Shown here: positions 38,570 to 51,468 of the stretch, in pieces | Numbering within the stretch: position 1 is the stretch's first letter | Layout: each line of letters starts with the position of its first letter | Origin: Callorhinchus milii | Lineage: Eukaryota | NCBI RefSeq assembly: GCF_018977255.1 | Contig: NW_024704743.1 | Coordinates: 44,642,001 to 44,706,000, forward strand | DNA length: 64,000 bases | Direction of reading: 5' to 3' | The notes under the pieces: generated by a model | The model's input: the letters and a program-made list of their open reading frames with translations, nothing else | What the model was told of the DNA's origin: nothing | The model's database searches: none | Position numbers and translations under genes: made by a program

Positions 38570-39440
38570 GGGATAAATATGTACTACACAGTAGGAAACC
38601 ATTCAGCCCATTTAGATGGACTAGTATTTGCTTTTCCAAACCCCAATTTCCTGCTCTATCCCCATACCCTCAAACACCTTTCCTTGCTTGGTCTAATTCT
38701 GGTTTAAATGCTCCAGTCAGCTCTGCTCTGACAGCCACCCCTGACAAATCATTTCATACTCTGACAACCCCGCGAGACAAGTTCTTCTCAACCTCTCCTT
38801 TTCCTCCCTTAGTCATGCCAACTAATTCTTGCCCTCTTAGCCTCAAATCCTACACCAAAAGAAAGAAGTTGTTGTTATTAGTTCTTTTGAATCCTTTCAT
38901 CAGCTTTCACATTTCTATGATATCACCCCTCAACCTTCTCTCCTGTGATGGGAAGAGTTCTAACCTCTTTAGCTTCTCCTGAGTTATATTTTTTCATCTC
39001 CGACATCATCCTTGTGAACCTATGTGCACCTTCTCTATAGCTACAATATCTTTTTAATTATGTGGGGCCCCAAACTCTATACAAAACAGTATTCCAGCTG
39101 TGACCCAGCCAATGTCTTACACAATTTCATCATCACTTAGCATTTTGGTATTCAATGTTGGTGTATAAAACGCAAAGTCACGTTTCCCCTTTTAATGGCC
39201 TGCTGTACCTGCAATCCAACTTTTATTGAACTGTGTTGTTGAATCCTGAGATCTCCCTGTTCCTCCATTCCACTGAGAGGTCTACCACCCAGGGTATAAT
39301 TTCACTCCCTATTCTTTCTCCCAAATGCTTCATATTTGTTCTATACTGAACTCTACTTTATACAAATCTGCCCATCCCACTAACCTGCCAATAGCAGCGT
39401 GTAACTTCCTAAATTCTTCACCTATGTTAACAACTAGATC
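38570..39440 (-). mobile_element. Old CR1 C-terminal fragment
   Basis: Antisense LEYC...WGPH-like and RLRGDIIE motifs. Confidence 0.75.
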
Positions 39441-39849
39441 ACTTGAAAAAGATAAGGAACAGAAACCCTATGATTGCCATGTGGTCAGTTCTCTTTCTTT
39501 CTCACCGTCATCATCATCATCAGATTATTCAATGCAAACCAAGATCAAATCTGGACCTCTCTCGTCTTTGTGGCTCACCACACATTTGTTCATTGAATCA
39601 TTGCAGGAGACCACACTTTGTTTTTAAAATTGGGATGTTTGATCTCTGTACAATTGTTTCCACTCTGACCGTATGTTACAGAGTGTCCCAATGTGAGCAG
39701 TGTGTCAGATGAACTTCCAACATTGACCATCAATTCACCAACCAATGCCCTTTAGAACACAATCACAATCTTAAATTACAACAAAACAGCCCACTTGAAA
39801 AGAAAAATTGGAATGTCTCAAGCACTTCACAGTATCTTAATGTAATCTG

Positions 39850-40218
39850 GAGGATTATTGGCAAAGGACAGTGGGAGAAACTCTGTTCTCTTTTCAAATA
39901 GTGCCATGGAATCATTAATATTCACCTGAACAAGGACACAGGATCTCAGTTTAACATCTCATCTGAAGGACAGCACTTCCAACAAAGCAACAACAACAAC
40001 AAAATTACAGTTGTATAGCGCCTTTCACGTCGGGAGGACGTCCCAAGGCATGGACAATCAAGTGTTTCAGATCCTAGCCGGGGGTCGGGATCGCGCAGAG
40101 CTCCTCAAGCACTCTATTGGAGTGTCAGGCTAGACTATGAGCTCAAAGGCCTAATGTAGGTCTTGAACCTACACTGTCTGATTGAGAGGTGAGAGTGCTA
40201 CCAACTGAGCCAGGCTGC
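39850..40218 (-). mobile_element. SINE family C with an L2 tail inserted at about 39990-40092
   Basis: Deu-like core, L2 tail, then C head. Confidence 0.75.
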
Positions 40219-40277
40219 CAATTTGCAGAACAACCTCAGACCCAAATTTTATACAAGACACTTGTTTTACAAAACAT

Positions 40278-42270
40278 CAATGGGTGTCAAGGGTAAGCTA
40301 TTAATGTGGATCAGTAACTGGCTAAATGGAAGGAAGCAGTAGGTAATCTTCAGGGGAACTAGATTCCCAGATGGGGCAAAACCTTAGGCAAGTTTCCTTA
40401 CTCCACATACCTCTGTTTACCTAGCAGTACATAGAAATCTGGTTGTTAGTCGATTGGCAGATTGCTTTCCGAGGGTACTAATGCCTTAAAAAAAATTAAC
40501 TTAATCCACAACTGTTTGTGGGACACAGCTGTATGCAATTTGCTACTGCATTTTGCCCACAAAAATACACAGTACAATATATTCTGTGAAGTGCTTTGAG
40601 ATGTCTCAACAATGGGATAAGACGCTATATCAAATGCAAGTATTATTATTATCAAAATAGTGGGGAAGGGAGGTATAGAGCAGGGTTTCTCATGGGGCTC
40701 TTTGTTCCCAGTATACAAAAATGACCTGGATTCATAATCACAGACTCAGCTTGAGGGAGTTCAAATTCCAGGTGTTGCCCAGTTAGGGATGACTGGAATC
40801 AGAGGAGATAGATCTTGAAAGTAAGGTTCGGCAAAGTATTCACCAGGTCTATTACCGGTTAATAAAGTTCAATGCAGATAACCGCAAGGTAGTGGCCACA
40901 GTAAAAATAGGAGCACATTTCGTATTGTTCTACATAGAAATAGTTGAGAAAAGTTGAAAGAGGTGAAAAGCATTTAGAAGATGTGAAAAGCACTACATCA
41001 AATGCAAGGATTATTATTATTATTATGATTATAAAAGACTTAGGGGTGTTAGAAGACATTTCACTTGCAATAGTTAAAATGTGTGAGGGGCCAACAAACA
41101 AGGCAAATAGGAAGCTGGGCCACATTGCCAAATCAGTTCATTTCAGATCCCTAGGAGTCGGGTTAAAGATGTACAGTGCTATAGGAAGGCTATTATTATC
41201 ATTATTGCATAACAACAACACAATTACATTTGTATAGTGCCTTTCACATCAGAAGGATGTCCCAGGCGCTGGACAGTCAGTGTTTCGGACCTGAGCTGGG
41301 GGTCGGGGAGGGTAGAGGGCGGGGGGGGGAAGCAGGGTGGTCGAAAGCATGGTTGAAGAGGAGGGTCTTGAAGATGGGTCTTGAAGGAGGCAAGGGAGGG
41401 GGCGAGATGGAAGGATTGTGGGATGGAGTTCCAGAGAGTAGTGGCAGAGAGGCAGAAGGCCCGCCCGCCAATGGTGGGGCGGGCGAGGGACATGAAGCAG
41501 GCCAGAGCCCGCTGAGCAGAGGGAGCGGGCAGGATGGTAGGACGTTAGGAGATCGCAGAGGTAGGGGGGAGCAAGACCATGGAGGGTTTTGAAGGTGAGT
41601 ACCAGGATCTTGAACTATATCCTCTGTGTGATGGGAAGCCAGTGGAGTCAGTCGAGGATGGGGGTGATAAGGTCACGGAGCCTGGTGCTGGAAAGGACAC
41701 GGGCTGCAGAGTTCTGGATGATCAGCAGCCTACGGAGGGAGGAGTTGGGGCGGCCGACAATAAATAACTCTGCGGTCACTGTGACATAAGAAAGCCAACT
41801 GGCCCTAAGGCAGTTCAGAGGAGAGCATCAAGCGTGATCGTCAGCAAGGATGATCCTTGAGGAACGCCTGATAAGCTAACCTTCAAAAAAGGACATCTCC
41901 GAGGATATCTCATACAGCCACTTAAGATGCTAAGTGGAAAAGGGAAAGTGAACACAAAACAATATTTTTAGATCTTTCAAGGCAAGGTGACACAGGATTG
42001 GAGATGTGAGGGTAATTTTTGGGAGATATCAGAAAGTGTTTCTTTACAGAGAAGGTAAACAGCTGGAATGAATGAAAGTAGTTAAGTTCAGGACATCAGA
42101 TTCAGTGAATCTTCAGGTTGTTACAACACCACCAACAATTTGCACTCCTTAGCCCCTTTCAAGTAGGGTAACATCTGAGTACTAACAAGGATGGGATCAG
42201 ACCTGGTTACTGTAATGGAAATTAATAGGGTGGATATTCTGCAAGGATGAGATCAAACAGACTAAAGGAT
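40278..42270 (+). mobile_element. Ancient CR1 fragmented by SINE B (40360-40652), a SINE tail (about 40960-41030) and L2 (41210-41760)
   Basis: Colinear CR1 motifs WISNWLNGRKQ, KDLGV, KANRKLGHI, LRGYL. Confidence 0.7.
41210..41760 (-). mobile_element. L2 3' fragment
   Basis: RPTIGGRAF motif, (TTG)n tail. Confidence 0.92.
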
Positions 42271-43040
42271 TTTCTTCTTGCCAGCTCTTTTGTGATTAGT
42301 GATGATTATAAGAAAATATGGAAGGAGAAAATTGCTTCGAAAACAAACTGTCCACCTGGCTGTCCTCACTTTACCCCGGAGATCCAGGCTTCAAATTTAC
42401 ACTGCAGATCCAAGCTCATTTTACCTGCTGTCTTCCATTCGGGAATGAAGGAAAACAAATCCATGTGATGAGGGCAGTTTTTTTTAATGTATTACACACT
42501 GACACACTTAAATCTTTAGTGTTAATCAACTATTAAAGTCATTATCTTGTTATTTATTTTCAGAACATCAAAGCAGCTCCTTGAAGTCAAACAATCTGTT
42601 AAAACTCAGGCGCAGAGCATGCAAGTTAACATGAAATAAAGTCAATCCCTATTCAATCAGTTATAACCACTAAACACAATGCAAATTATCTGTAACCGCT
42701 TTTCTTCCAGTGCCTTATTTCCTCTTATTCTACTTTTTGAACTACGGTAGTGCCGCATTATAAGGTGGGTTTGCTTACAAAGCGAGTGGACCCACAAATC
42801 AGCCAGCTTTCTGCATACTAAAATGGCTGGCTTCTGGATTGTTAGGTTGATATTAATGTCACTTCCTGCATGTCGTAAATGTGCAAAGGTGTTGTAGGTA
42901 GCGAGTAATTGCAGAAAGTGATGCTGGCAGTGACCTAATGACCTGGAATTCATGAGTTCTCTTTTGTTGGAGGTGCCATCAAACCGATGTCCAGTCTGCC
43001 TGTTCTGGTGGATGTTAAATATCCCATGACATTAATTTAA

Positions 43041-43362
43041 TAATAATCCGTGCATTTGATAACAGTGCCTTATCACAGAATATATTGTAAAGTGGATTGA
43101 CTGTGTACTTTGTGGGTGAAACGCTTCAGCCAATTGCGCACAGTAGTGCCTTACAAAACAAATTGTGGATTGAGCGATTGCAGTTATTTTGGGATTAATA
43201 CCCCTGGAAAGCGATCTGCCAATCGACTAACAACCAGGTTCTTACTTACTGCTAAATAAACTGTGAAGTAAAGAAACTTGCCAAAGGTTTCACCCAGCCT
43301 GGGAATCAAACCCAGTTCCTCTTGCTTGCAAAATGACCGCGGTAACCACTATGCTATGGAAC
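43041..43362 (-). mobile_element. SINE family B, near full length
   Basis: Tail, body, central segment, head. Confidence 0.85.
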
Positions 43363-44264
43363 ACAATAATAGAAAGAGATGAGAGAGAGAAAAGATTAAA
43401 AGAGAAGGCAGTTTCTCCCTATATGAATGGCTAATATTCTTCCAGATAAAATTGCTCATTCATTTCATGGTTGTTTATGGGGCATTGCTGTGATCACGTT
43501 GGCCTCTACATTTATCTGCAAATAATAATCTATCTGCAAGTCGCTACACTTTACAGTAAATCCTATGAAGTGCTTTGAGATCTAAATAACATAAGGCACA
43601 ATATCAAATGCAAAGATTATTATTACACTAACATAAAATATCAAATCCAAAATTTTGATTGAAAAAGCATTAAAGTTAAATCTTAATGCAAACATCCAGT
43701 ACAGAAAGCTCATCTCTCTTATGCATAGTAATGGATCGTCTTGAACAGGATTTTTAGGGACAAATGAATGCAAATAAGGTCAACAGATGCAACATGGTTT
43801 GCATTAGCTCTCTGTCAAAACATCTGAACTTTATATTTTGCAAATTCCATATATATATATATAGTATATTACACTGTATACACGTAAAAAACCCTACGAA
43901 CATTGTGTTTTTCAATCGTTGCAGTATATAACACGTCGAACAAATTCAATCAGCAAACGGACTCTGCATTGTGTGTTTTGTTCTGTTATTACCGAGTTTG
44001 AAATGTCTTCTAAATTGTGTTCTTGGAGCTTTTTTCCCCCCCCCCCTTTCCTTTTAAAACCATTCACTCCATCTATTCGCACGAAGCAGACAGACAGCCG
44101 TCAAAACCTTTCAAAATCCACCTCTCAAATTCCGTAACATCAGTGTACAGTGGGGGGAGATTTTCCCTGTGTGTGTGTGGGGGGGAAAGCCTTTAACAGC
44201 AGATCAGCAAATTAAGCGGCTTACACTTGCAAAACAAATCCCAAGACCAGCGCTGGGGAGTGTC

Positions 44265-44370
44265 GGGGGGGAGAGGGAGGGGAGGAGAGGAGGGAGGGGA
44301 GGGAGGAGGAGGAGAGAGGAGGGGAAGGGGGGAGGGAGGGGGGATGGGGGGGAGGGGGGGGGGGGGGGGG
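44265..44370. repeat. G/GA-rich polypurine tract
   Basis: Many G runs; abuts the gap. Confidence 0.9.
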
Positions 44371-44373
44371 TTG

Positions 44374-44398
44374 NNNNNNNNNNNNNNNNNNNNNNNNN
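44374..44398. other. Assembly gap (25 N)
   Basis: Run of n. Confidence 1.
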
Positions 44399-44473
44399 AC
44401 ACAGCGCTCAACTCGCACTCCACCGTTAATACAGTTCAGTGCCAACACACGAAAAACTGGTTGTCATTATGTA

Positions 44474-44528
44474 GACACATACACACACACACATACACAT
44501 ATACACACACACACACACATACACATAT

Positions 44529-44581
<53 letters not shown>

Positions 44582-44612
44582 TATACACACACATATACAC
44601 ACACACACACAT

Positions 44613-44647
<35 letters not shown>

Positions 44648-44736
44648 TATACACACACAGACACACATATGCACATATACACACACACACAGACACACAT
44701 ATGCACACACACACATATATATATATATAGAGAGAG
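44474..44736. repeat. (CA)n/(TA)n compound microsatellite
   Basis: Seen directly. Confidence 0.98.
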
Positions 44737-45677
44737 GTTTTGCAGGAGCTCTGCCGTTGCTCTGCAAATGCTTTTGAAAAATAAACCCGAAAGCGCACAC
44801 AGACAGACGCACTGACAAGAAACCCCCTCCACTGTTCGACACACCGCGCACTGACAGGGCGGCCATTTGCGGGTTCCTTCTCCACTTACTGTACTCAGCG
44901 GAGCGGTGGGTCTGTTGTCTGTGTCTGTGTGTGTGTGTCTGTCGGGGGGTGTGGGGGGGAGAGAGAGGGAGAGGGTGGGGGGAGAGAGAGAGAGGGGAGA
45001 GAGAGGGTGGGGGGGGGGGGAGAGAGAGAGGGAGGGAGGGAGGGGGGTAACCCATTGCATTAGCCGCGGTGCGGGAAGCCGGTGATCCCGAACCCACAGC
45101 TGAAGTTGAGCTGAAGTGCCGGAGCCCCGCGGTCGCCCCAACAAGTCGAGGAGAGCAGCGCATTGCCCCACACGGCGCGGGACACGCGTCGGGGGGGATA
45201 TGTCCGAGCGGCGCGGACGCGCCCCTCTCGCGGGTGATACACACGAGGAGAGGCGTCGCTTTTATTTTTTGCTGCTCGGCACTGCTGCTGCAAATGGACC
45301 GACTCCGGCGGATTACCTGCCAACGCAGCGAGTCAGCGGAGAGGGCTGCGACTCCGCGCCAAGCGCTGCTCCCGTCCTGTCCCTGTCCCGCTCCTGTCCT
45401 GGAGTGACCCAGGCCAGCGACCTTGAGCTCGGATCCCAGCACAGCCCCCAGCACCAGCACAGCGTTGGCCCAGCACAGCCCCGGCCCAGCACAGCACAGC
45501 ACAGCGACGCCAGAGGGAGCCCCAGAGAGGTTCAGGACCAGCCCAACCAAAGCCAGGAAATAATCCACTGACAGGAGAGAGGGAGAGGAGGAGGAGGGAG
45601 AGAGGAAGAGGAGGAGGAGGAGGAGGAAGGAGAAAAGGCTGACGAAAGACAGCGGGAGAGATCTCCGCCAAAGCCCG

Positions 45678-45833
45678 ATAATAAATTGGTCATGTTCAAC
45701 CCAGCGCTGTTTGTGGGACGCGGCCGCGGGTTTCGCGCCGCAAGCACCCGGTCCGTTCGCTTCGCGGTCTATTCCGGCGAAGCGCTTGGAGACGTCGAGA
45801 AGACGTGATAAAGCGCTGTGTCGCATGCCAGGA
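45678..45833 (+). mobile_element. SINE body, strongly GC-shifted
   Basis: Colinear with the family A 3' half. Confidence 0.85.
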
Positions 45834-45930
45834 AATTCGTCGAAAAAGTTTGCAGCGGATAGGATGCAGCCGGAGTAACTGTGCTGCTGTAAGCGCCTCC
45901 ACTGGAACTATATCTAATCCCTTTTATAAC

Positions 45931-46150
45931 ATAATAATAATAATAATAATAGGCCTTGTATTTGATGTAGCATCGTATGTCGTTGAGACCCCTTCAAAAC
46001 GCTTCATAGAATATATTGTAGAGTGGATTTACTGTACATTTTGTGAGCGAAACGCAGCAGTCAATTGCCTAAGGTTTCGCCCCGCCCGAGAATCGAACCT
46101 GGGTCCTCTCGCTTGCGAGGCGAGCACACTAAACACTACGCGATGGGACT
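45931..46150 (-). mobile_element. SINE with internal deletion, CpG-retaining
   Basis: (AAT)n, body, then head. Confidence 0.8.
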
Positions 46151-46429
46151 TTTCCTTGTTCTTTTTCCTGTAAATTTTTATATTATTTGGCTCAAATATG
46201 CAATCATAGAAATTTACACTACAGAAGGAGGCCATTTGAACTGACTGGGTTGCGTGCCCCCCTTGCCTTCGAAACAGGTTGTGTGTTCAAGATTGACACA
46301 GTGGAGACTTTGAGTTCCAAGTCAAGACTGAAACTCCAGTGCGGTGCTGGAGGGCGGTGCATTGTCGGAGGTGCCGTCTTTCGGATGATACTTTAAACTG
46401 AGGTCCTGGCTCCATGTTCTAGTGGAGGT

Positions 46430-47174
46430 GATGATGGCTGCACACTTAACCTCACTAAGCCGGTCAGGGACCTGGGTGTCCTGCGTAACCCGGAACTGTT
46501 CTTTCTCCCCCACATCCGCGCCATGACCGGCACTGCCTACCACCACCTCCGCAACATTGCCAGACTCCGCCACTGCCTCACCCCTCAGGCTGCCGAAACC
46601 CTCACCCAAGTATTCGTCACATCAAGGCTCAATTATGGAAACTCATTCCTCGTCGGCCTTCCCAACTCTTCCCTTCACAAGCTGCAGATCATCCAAAACT
46701 CTGCAGCTCGTGTACTCTCACTCCCACCCTCGCCCTACTCCACTGGCTCCCCATCCCCCAGAGGATCGAGTTCAAGATCCTCGTCCTCACCATCCATGGC
46801 CTTGCCCCCTCCTATCTCTCTGACCTGCTGACTCCCTACCAACCTGCCCGCTCCCTCCATTCAGCGGGCTCCGGCCTGCTCCATGTCTCCCGCCCGACTC
46901 ACCCTACCATCAGTGGCCGGACTTTCAGCCTCTCTGCCTCCACACTCTGGAACTCCATCCCACGGTCCGTTCGCCTCACTTCCTAATGCCTCCTTCAAGG
47001 CTGGTCTCAAGACCCTCCTCTTCGATTGTGCCTTCAGTCGCCCTCCCATTGCTCTGCCTTCCCTCACCCCTACACCACCCCTCCCCCATGCTCGGGTCCT
47101 GACCCCTGACTGTCCAGCGCCTTGGGACATCCTCCCAACGTGAAAGGCGCTCTCAATGTAAATTTGTTGCTGTT
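46430..47174 (+). mobile_element. L2 inserted into a SINE C (46300-46429, resuming 47175) with 5-bp duplication GAGGT
   Basis: gtgGAGGT [L2] GAGGTtaaagatc restores the Deu-like core. Confidence 0.92.
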
Positions 47175-47239
47175 GAGGTTAAAGATCTTATGGTGAAGTG
47201 ATGTAAGCAGAGCACCCTGCACATAACACACATGTGCAG

Positions 47240-47590
47240 CACACAGGAAGTCACATCAATGGTCACACCTAATCATCCTGAAGGCATTTGTAGCCAACAG
47301 CCACAGTGCAGAAAGCTGACTAGTTTGTGCTGGAAGCCAGTTTTACTACTCTTGAGGTATAGAGTGGGTCCACAGCTGGGCCAATAGAAAAGCGCGGCCG
47401 CACCTTCTCCGCATTTTCCCCTATTATGCCTCTCGTCCACTACAAAGCCGCTATAAATGTAGTTTCTGGCCCGCAGGCCACTCGCACTGTTCACCTGACC
47501 TCCCTGTGGGAGGAGCAGCATGTGATGCACATGTGCAGTGCTGCGCGAGAGGCTTCACTCGGAGGCTCCGCTGTTGTGATTATTTGAGTC
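47240..47590. promoter_or_regulatory. Second promoter-like module
   Basis: CAGGAAGT, CCAAT, two opposed ACTACA motifs, local CpG enrichment. Confidence 0.45.
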
Positions 47591-49790
47591 TGTGAGATCT
47601 CTGTGTGTGAGTGAGTGTCTCTGTGAGAGTGTCTGTGTGTGTGTGAGAGTGGCTCTGTGTGTGTGTGTTTGTCTCTCTGGGTGTGTCTCTTCATCTCCCT
47701 CAACACCTCAGTTCTTCTCTACCCTCTATACAGTCCATGGAGAAAAAATCTCCTCTATTCTGGACTCCCTTGTCTCCTTCACCTCCTGAATGGCCTCATA
47801 CTCCCGTAAATCCCCCTGGTACACCTCAAGGCACTCCCGTAAATCCCCCTGGTTCCCTCAAGGCACAAGTGCGAGCTGCCAAACGCGCCTGGACCAAATC
47901 CAAACTATCGGTCCATTGACAGATTTGGCTTCACCACACCAAGATCTACCGCTGCGCTCTTGCCTCTGCGGAATCCTCCTTCTACTCCAAGGTTATCTTG
48001 GAGGCAAAGGACAACCCCAGGCTTCTCTTTTCCACCACTAACTGTCTCCTCCGTCCACCTTCCCACACCTCGCCCATCCTCGGTTTCTCCTCCAGCCCCC
48101 GCACTGTCACGTCTGGCATCCCCCAGCGCTCTGTCCTTGGCCCTCTCCTCTTTAATATCTACATGCTCCCCCTTGGTAACATCATCCGCAGACATGGGGT
48201 CAACTTCCACATGTATGCGGATGACACCCAACTCTATCTTTCTGCCTCCAACCTCAACTCCAGTACCACTGCTGTCCTGACAGACTGTCTGTCGGTCATC
48301 AAGTCAAATTTCCTATAGTTGAATGTGAACAAGACTGAGGCCCTCCTGATTGGCTCACGCCAGCGCCCCAGCATCTTAGGCTCTGGCAGCATCAACCTCC
48401 ATGGTTGTACACTTCAACTCATCAAGGCAGTCAGGAACCGAGGTGTCTTGTTCAACCCTCAACTGTCTTTTCTCCCCCACATTAAAGCCATAACCCGCTC
48501 TGCCTTCCCTCACCTCCGTAACATCGCCCGACTCCGCCACTATCTCACCCCTCAGGCCCTGAAACTCTTGTTCATGCCTTCATCACCTCCAGGCTCAACT
48601 ATGCAAACGCCCTGCTTGTCGGCCTTCCCAACTCCTTCCTCCACAGGCTGCAGATAATCCAGAACTCTGCAGCTCGTGTCCTCTCCCGCACCAAACTCCA
48701 TGACCCCATCTCCCCCATTCTCGCCCAACTCCACTGGCTCTCTATCCTTCAGAGGATCCAGTTCAAGATCCTGGTCCTCACCTACAAAGCCCTCCATGGC
48801 CTCGCCCCACCCTACCTCTGCGACCTCCTAACCCTCTACCAAGCCTCCCATTCCCTCCGCTCAGCTGGTTCTGGCCTGCTCCACGTCCCCGCCCCACCCG
48901 CCCCACCATTGGCGGGAGAGCCTTCAGCTACCTGCCCCCAACCTCAGGAATTCCATCCCCCAGTCACTCCGCCTCACCCCCTCCTTCAAGTCCTGCCTCA
49001 AGACCCTTCTCTTTGACCATGCCATCGGCCACTCCCCTTCCCTCCCTTCCCCCCCCAACCCTAGGTCAGGTCTGAAATCATGTACTCTGTCCAGTGCCTT
49101 GAGACGTCCTCCTGACGTGAAAGGTGCTACACAAATGTAATCTTGTTGTTGTTTTGTGTAAGTGGCTCTGTGTGTGTCTGTGTGTGTGTGTGTCTGTGTA
49201 TGTGAGTGGCTGTGTGTGAGTGCTCTATGTGTGTGGCTCTGTGCGTGTGCGTGTGTATGTGTGTGTGTGAGTGCTCTATGTGTGTGGCTCTGTGTGTGTG
49301 CGTGTGTATGTGTGTGTGTGAGTGGCTCTGTGTGTGTGTGCATGTGTGTGTGGCTCTGTGTGAGTGGCTCTGTGTGTGTGTGAGTGGCTCTGTGTGGGTG
49401 TGTGTGTATGTGTGTGTGAGTGTCTCTGTGTGTGTGAGTGTCTCTGTGAGTGTGTGAGAGTGTCTCTGTGTGTGTCTCTGTGGGTGAGTGTATGTCTTTG
49501 TATGTGTGTGTGTGTGAGAGAGGCTCTGTGTGTGTGTGTGTGAGTGTCTGTGTGTGACTGTGTGTGTGTGAGAGAGTGGCTCTGTTTGTGTGTGTGTGAG
49601 TGTCTCTGTGTGTGTGGCTCTGTGCGTGAGTGTGAGTGGCTCTGTGTGTGTGGCTCTGTGTGTGTGTCTGAGTGGCTCTGTGTGTCTGTGGCTCTGTGTA
49701 TGTGTGTGTGGCTCTGTGTATGTGTGTGTGGTTCTGTGTGTGTGTGTGTGTGTGTGAGTGGCTCTGTGTGTGGGGTCTCTCTCTCTGGGT
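47590..49790. repeat. Complex (TG)n/GTGGCTCTGT repeat interrupted by L2
   Basis: Same repeat at 47590-47690 and 49155-49790. Confidence 0.9.
47690..49153 (+). mobile_element. L2 with internal deletion and a roughly 33-bp tandem duplication
   Basis: [32 protein letters not shown]; actcccgtaaatccccctggt occurs twice. Confidence 0.95.
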
Positions 49791-51026
49791 CGTCTATGTG
49801 TGGTGCCGGCCCTGAGAGGCAGGAGCTAGTGAGCTCTTGTAGCCTCGCTGGTGTCCACCCCCACACCCCCACCCCCAAAAAAGAAGCAATTAATCAACCT
49901 AATATGTGTTATGTCCTTATGTTTAGTTTTTGTCAATAAAGTGAAAAAATGTAGCAGTAAAATGGACTTCAATTGCACCAATCAAGCCCCACAATCTCCC
50001 CAGAAAATATAACAAAGCCCGCCACAATTCCCGCAAGATCTGTAAAGCGCTCTACAATTTTCACACTTTTCTATTGGTCCAGGTCCACAGTACACCCATG
50101 TTAAGTTGAGGCATGTTCTAATGAGGTTTCCTTACATAAACTCAGCCATGATCAAATGGCAGAATAGGCTCGAGGAGTTGAATGGAATGCTCCTGTTCCT
50201 ATGTTCCTACGTATGCAGCATATTAATTGTAGATTTCTGTAAGTATTTTGTAACTTCAGTTGCATCATTTGACTTGTATTAGCCTTAAATGCAAATCTTC
50301 GCATTCAAATCCATCCAAAGCCTCACCCCACCCTAACTCTGCAACCTCCTGTAACCCTAATGACCCAGTCTTTCCCTTCACTTCAGGTCATCAGCCAATT
50401 TGCCTCACTATCAATGGGTGAGTTTTCAGCCATTCTGACCGTGCTCTCAGGAACTACTCACCCCCTCGCTCCCACTTTTAAAGGCCACCTTCAATCTGTG
50501 GTTTTGGTCATCTCTCTCAAGCACACACCCCCCCCCAACCTCATATACACAAACACACTCTGATGCCCAGCCAGCTGTGGAAAACACTTTGAGATGCCTT
50601 CCCAGCACGAAAATATAAATATGTATTCTATCGTTTAACTCGATTTAAATTAAACTTTTAAAAATTAAGTTTGTTTGGGAATGATACTTGAGTCTCGAAG
50701 GAGAGGTACAGACTGAGAAGAGGAAACAGCCCACAGCTAGAATCTCTGTAATATAGAAGCTCTACAGCTGAGGCTTATGACTTTCATATCACAAATAAAT
50801 CTGACAGCAAAATCAAGGTAAGGACTCACTTTTACCACAGGTCGAACAATAGCTTCTTGTCAAAAGTTTTATTTACTAAGGCCGAGAAAAGTATAAATCA
50901 AAGTTCAATCCCAAATACAGGATTTATTATGGAAAAGTGCTTTGTAATCCGGACAAATCTCACACCCATTTTTGCAATATGAACAATATTAATTCTATCC
51001 CTTCTAATTTTCTTCCCCTACTTGCC

Positions 51027-51320
51027 AGGCGATGCCAATGGCAAGCTATGCAGTTTTAGCTGGTTAGACTCCAGCAGTACCCTAACACACACTTTGAGGT
51101 CCCCAAGCCTTGGCTCTTGCCAACCTGCGACTAATACTTTCCAGAATTAGGTAAGCAGGATGCATCCCTTCAGGAGGGAGTGCTCATTCCATTCCAACAA
51201 TCTATCTCTGGGATTTCCATGTGTAGGTGGAATGCATGGAATTCTCAACTTGGTTTGGATAATCTTAAGGATGGTGATGGATTTCCTTATGTGTCAGACA
51301 CCCGGCTGACCACCAAAAAT
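51027..51320 (+). mobile_element. Family U 3' fragment
   Basis: Ends gtcagacacccggctgaccaccaaaaa. Confidence 0.8.
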
Positions 51321-51468
51321 TGACTGTTTTGCAAGCACTAGAAGCAAGTTTGATTATTAAAAAAATGCATTCATGCAACACAAAAAATATGTAAAATATG
51401 TTTGTGTAGGTGGGAGGTTTGCTTTTGGTGTTTTGATCTTCTATTTAATATTTGGACAGTTGACAAGT

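Larger units (their letters stand above)
44780..46150 (-). promoter_or_regulatory. CpG island; probable promoter and first exon(s) of an unidentified minus-strand gene
   Basis: Dense CpG against a CpG-poor background; minus-strand donors CAG|GTAATC (45317) and ACA|GTAAGT (44890); YY1-like GGCGGCCATTT at 44858; strand is inferred. Confidence 0.7.

Noticed and set aside
37869..38639. 256-aa minus-strand ORF
   Set aside because: Mostly antisense of L2 plus simple repeats
44426..45826. 466-aa minus-strand ORF and overlapping ORFs
   Set aside because: Made of SINE, GC-rich island and microsatellite sequence that is stop-poor; no recognisable domain
48924..49939. His/Thr- and Cys/Val-rich ORFs
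   Set aside because: Translations of the TG repeat
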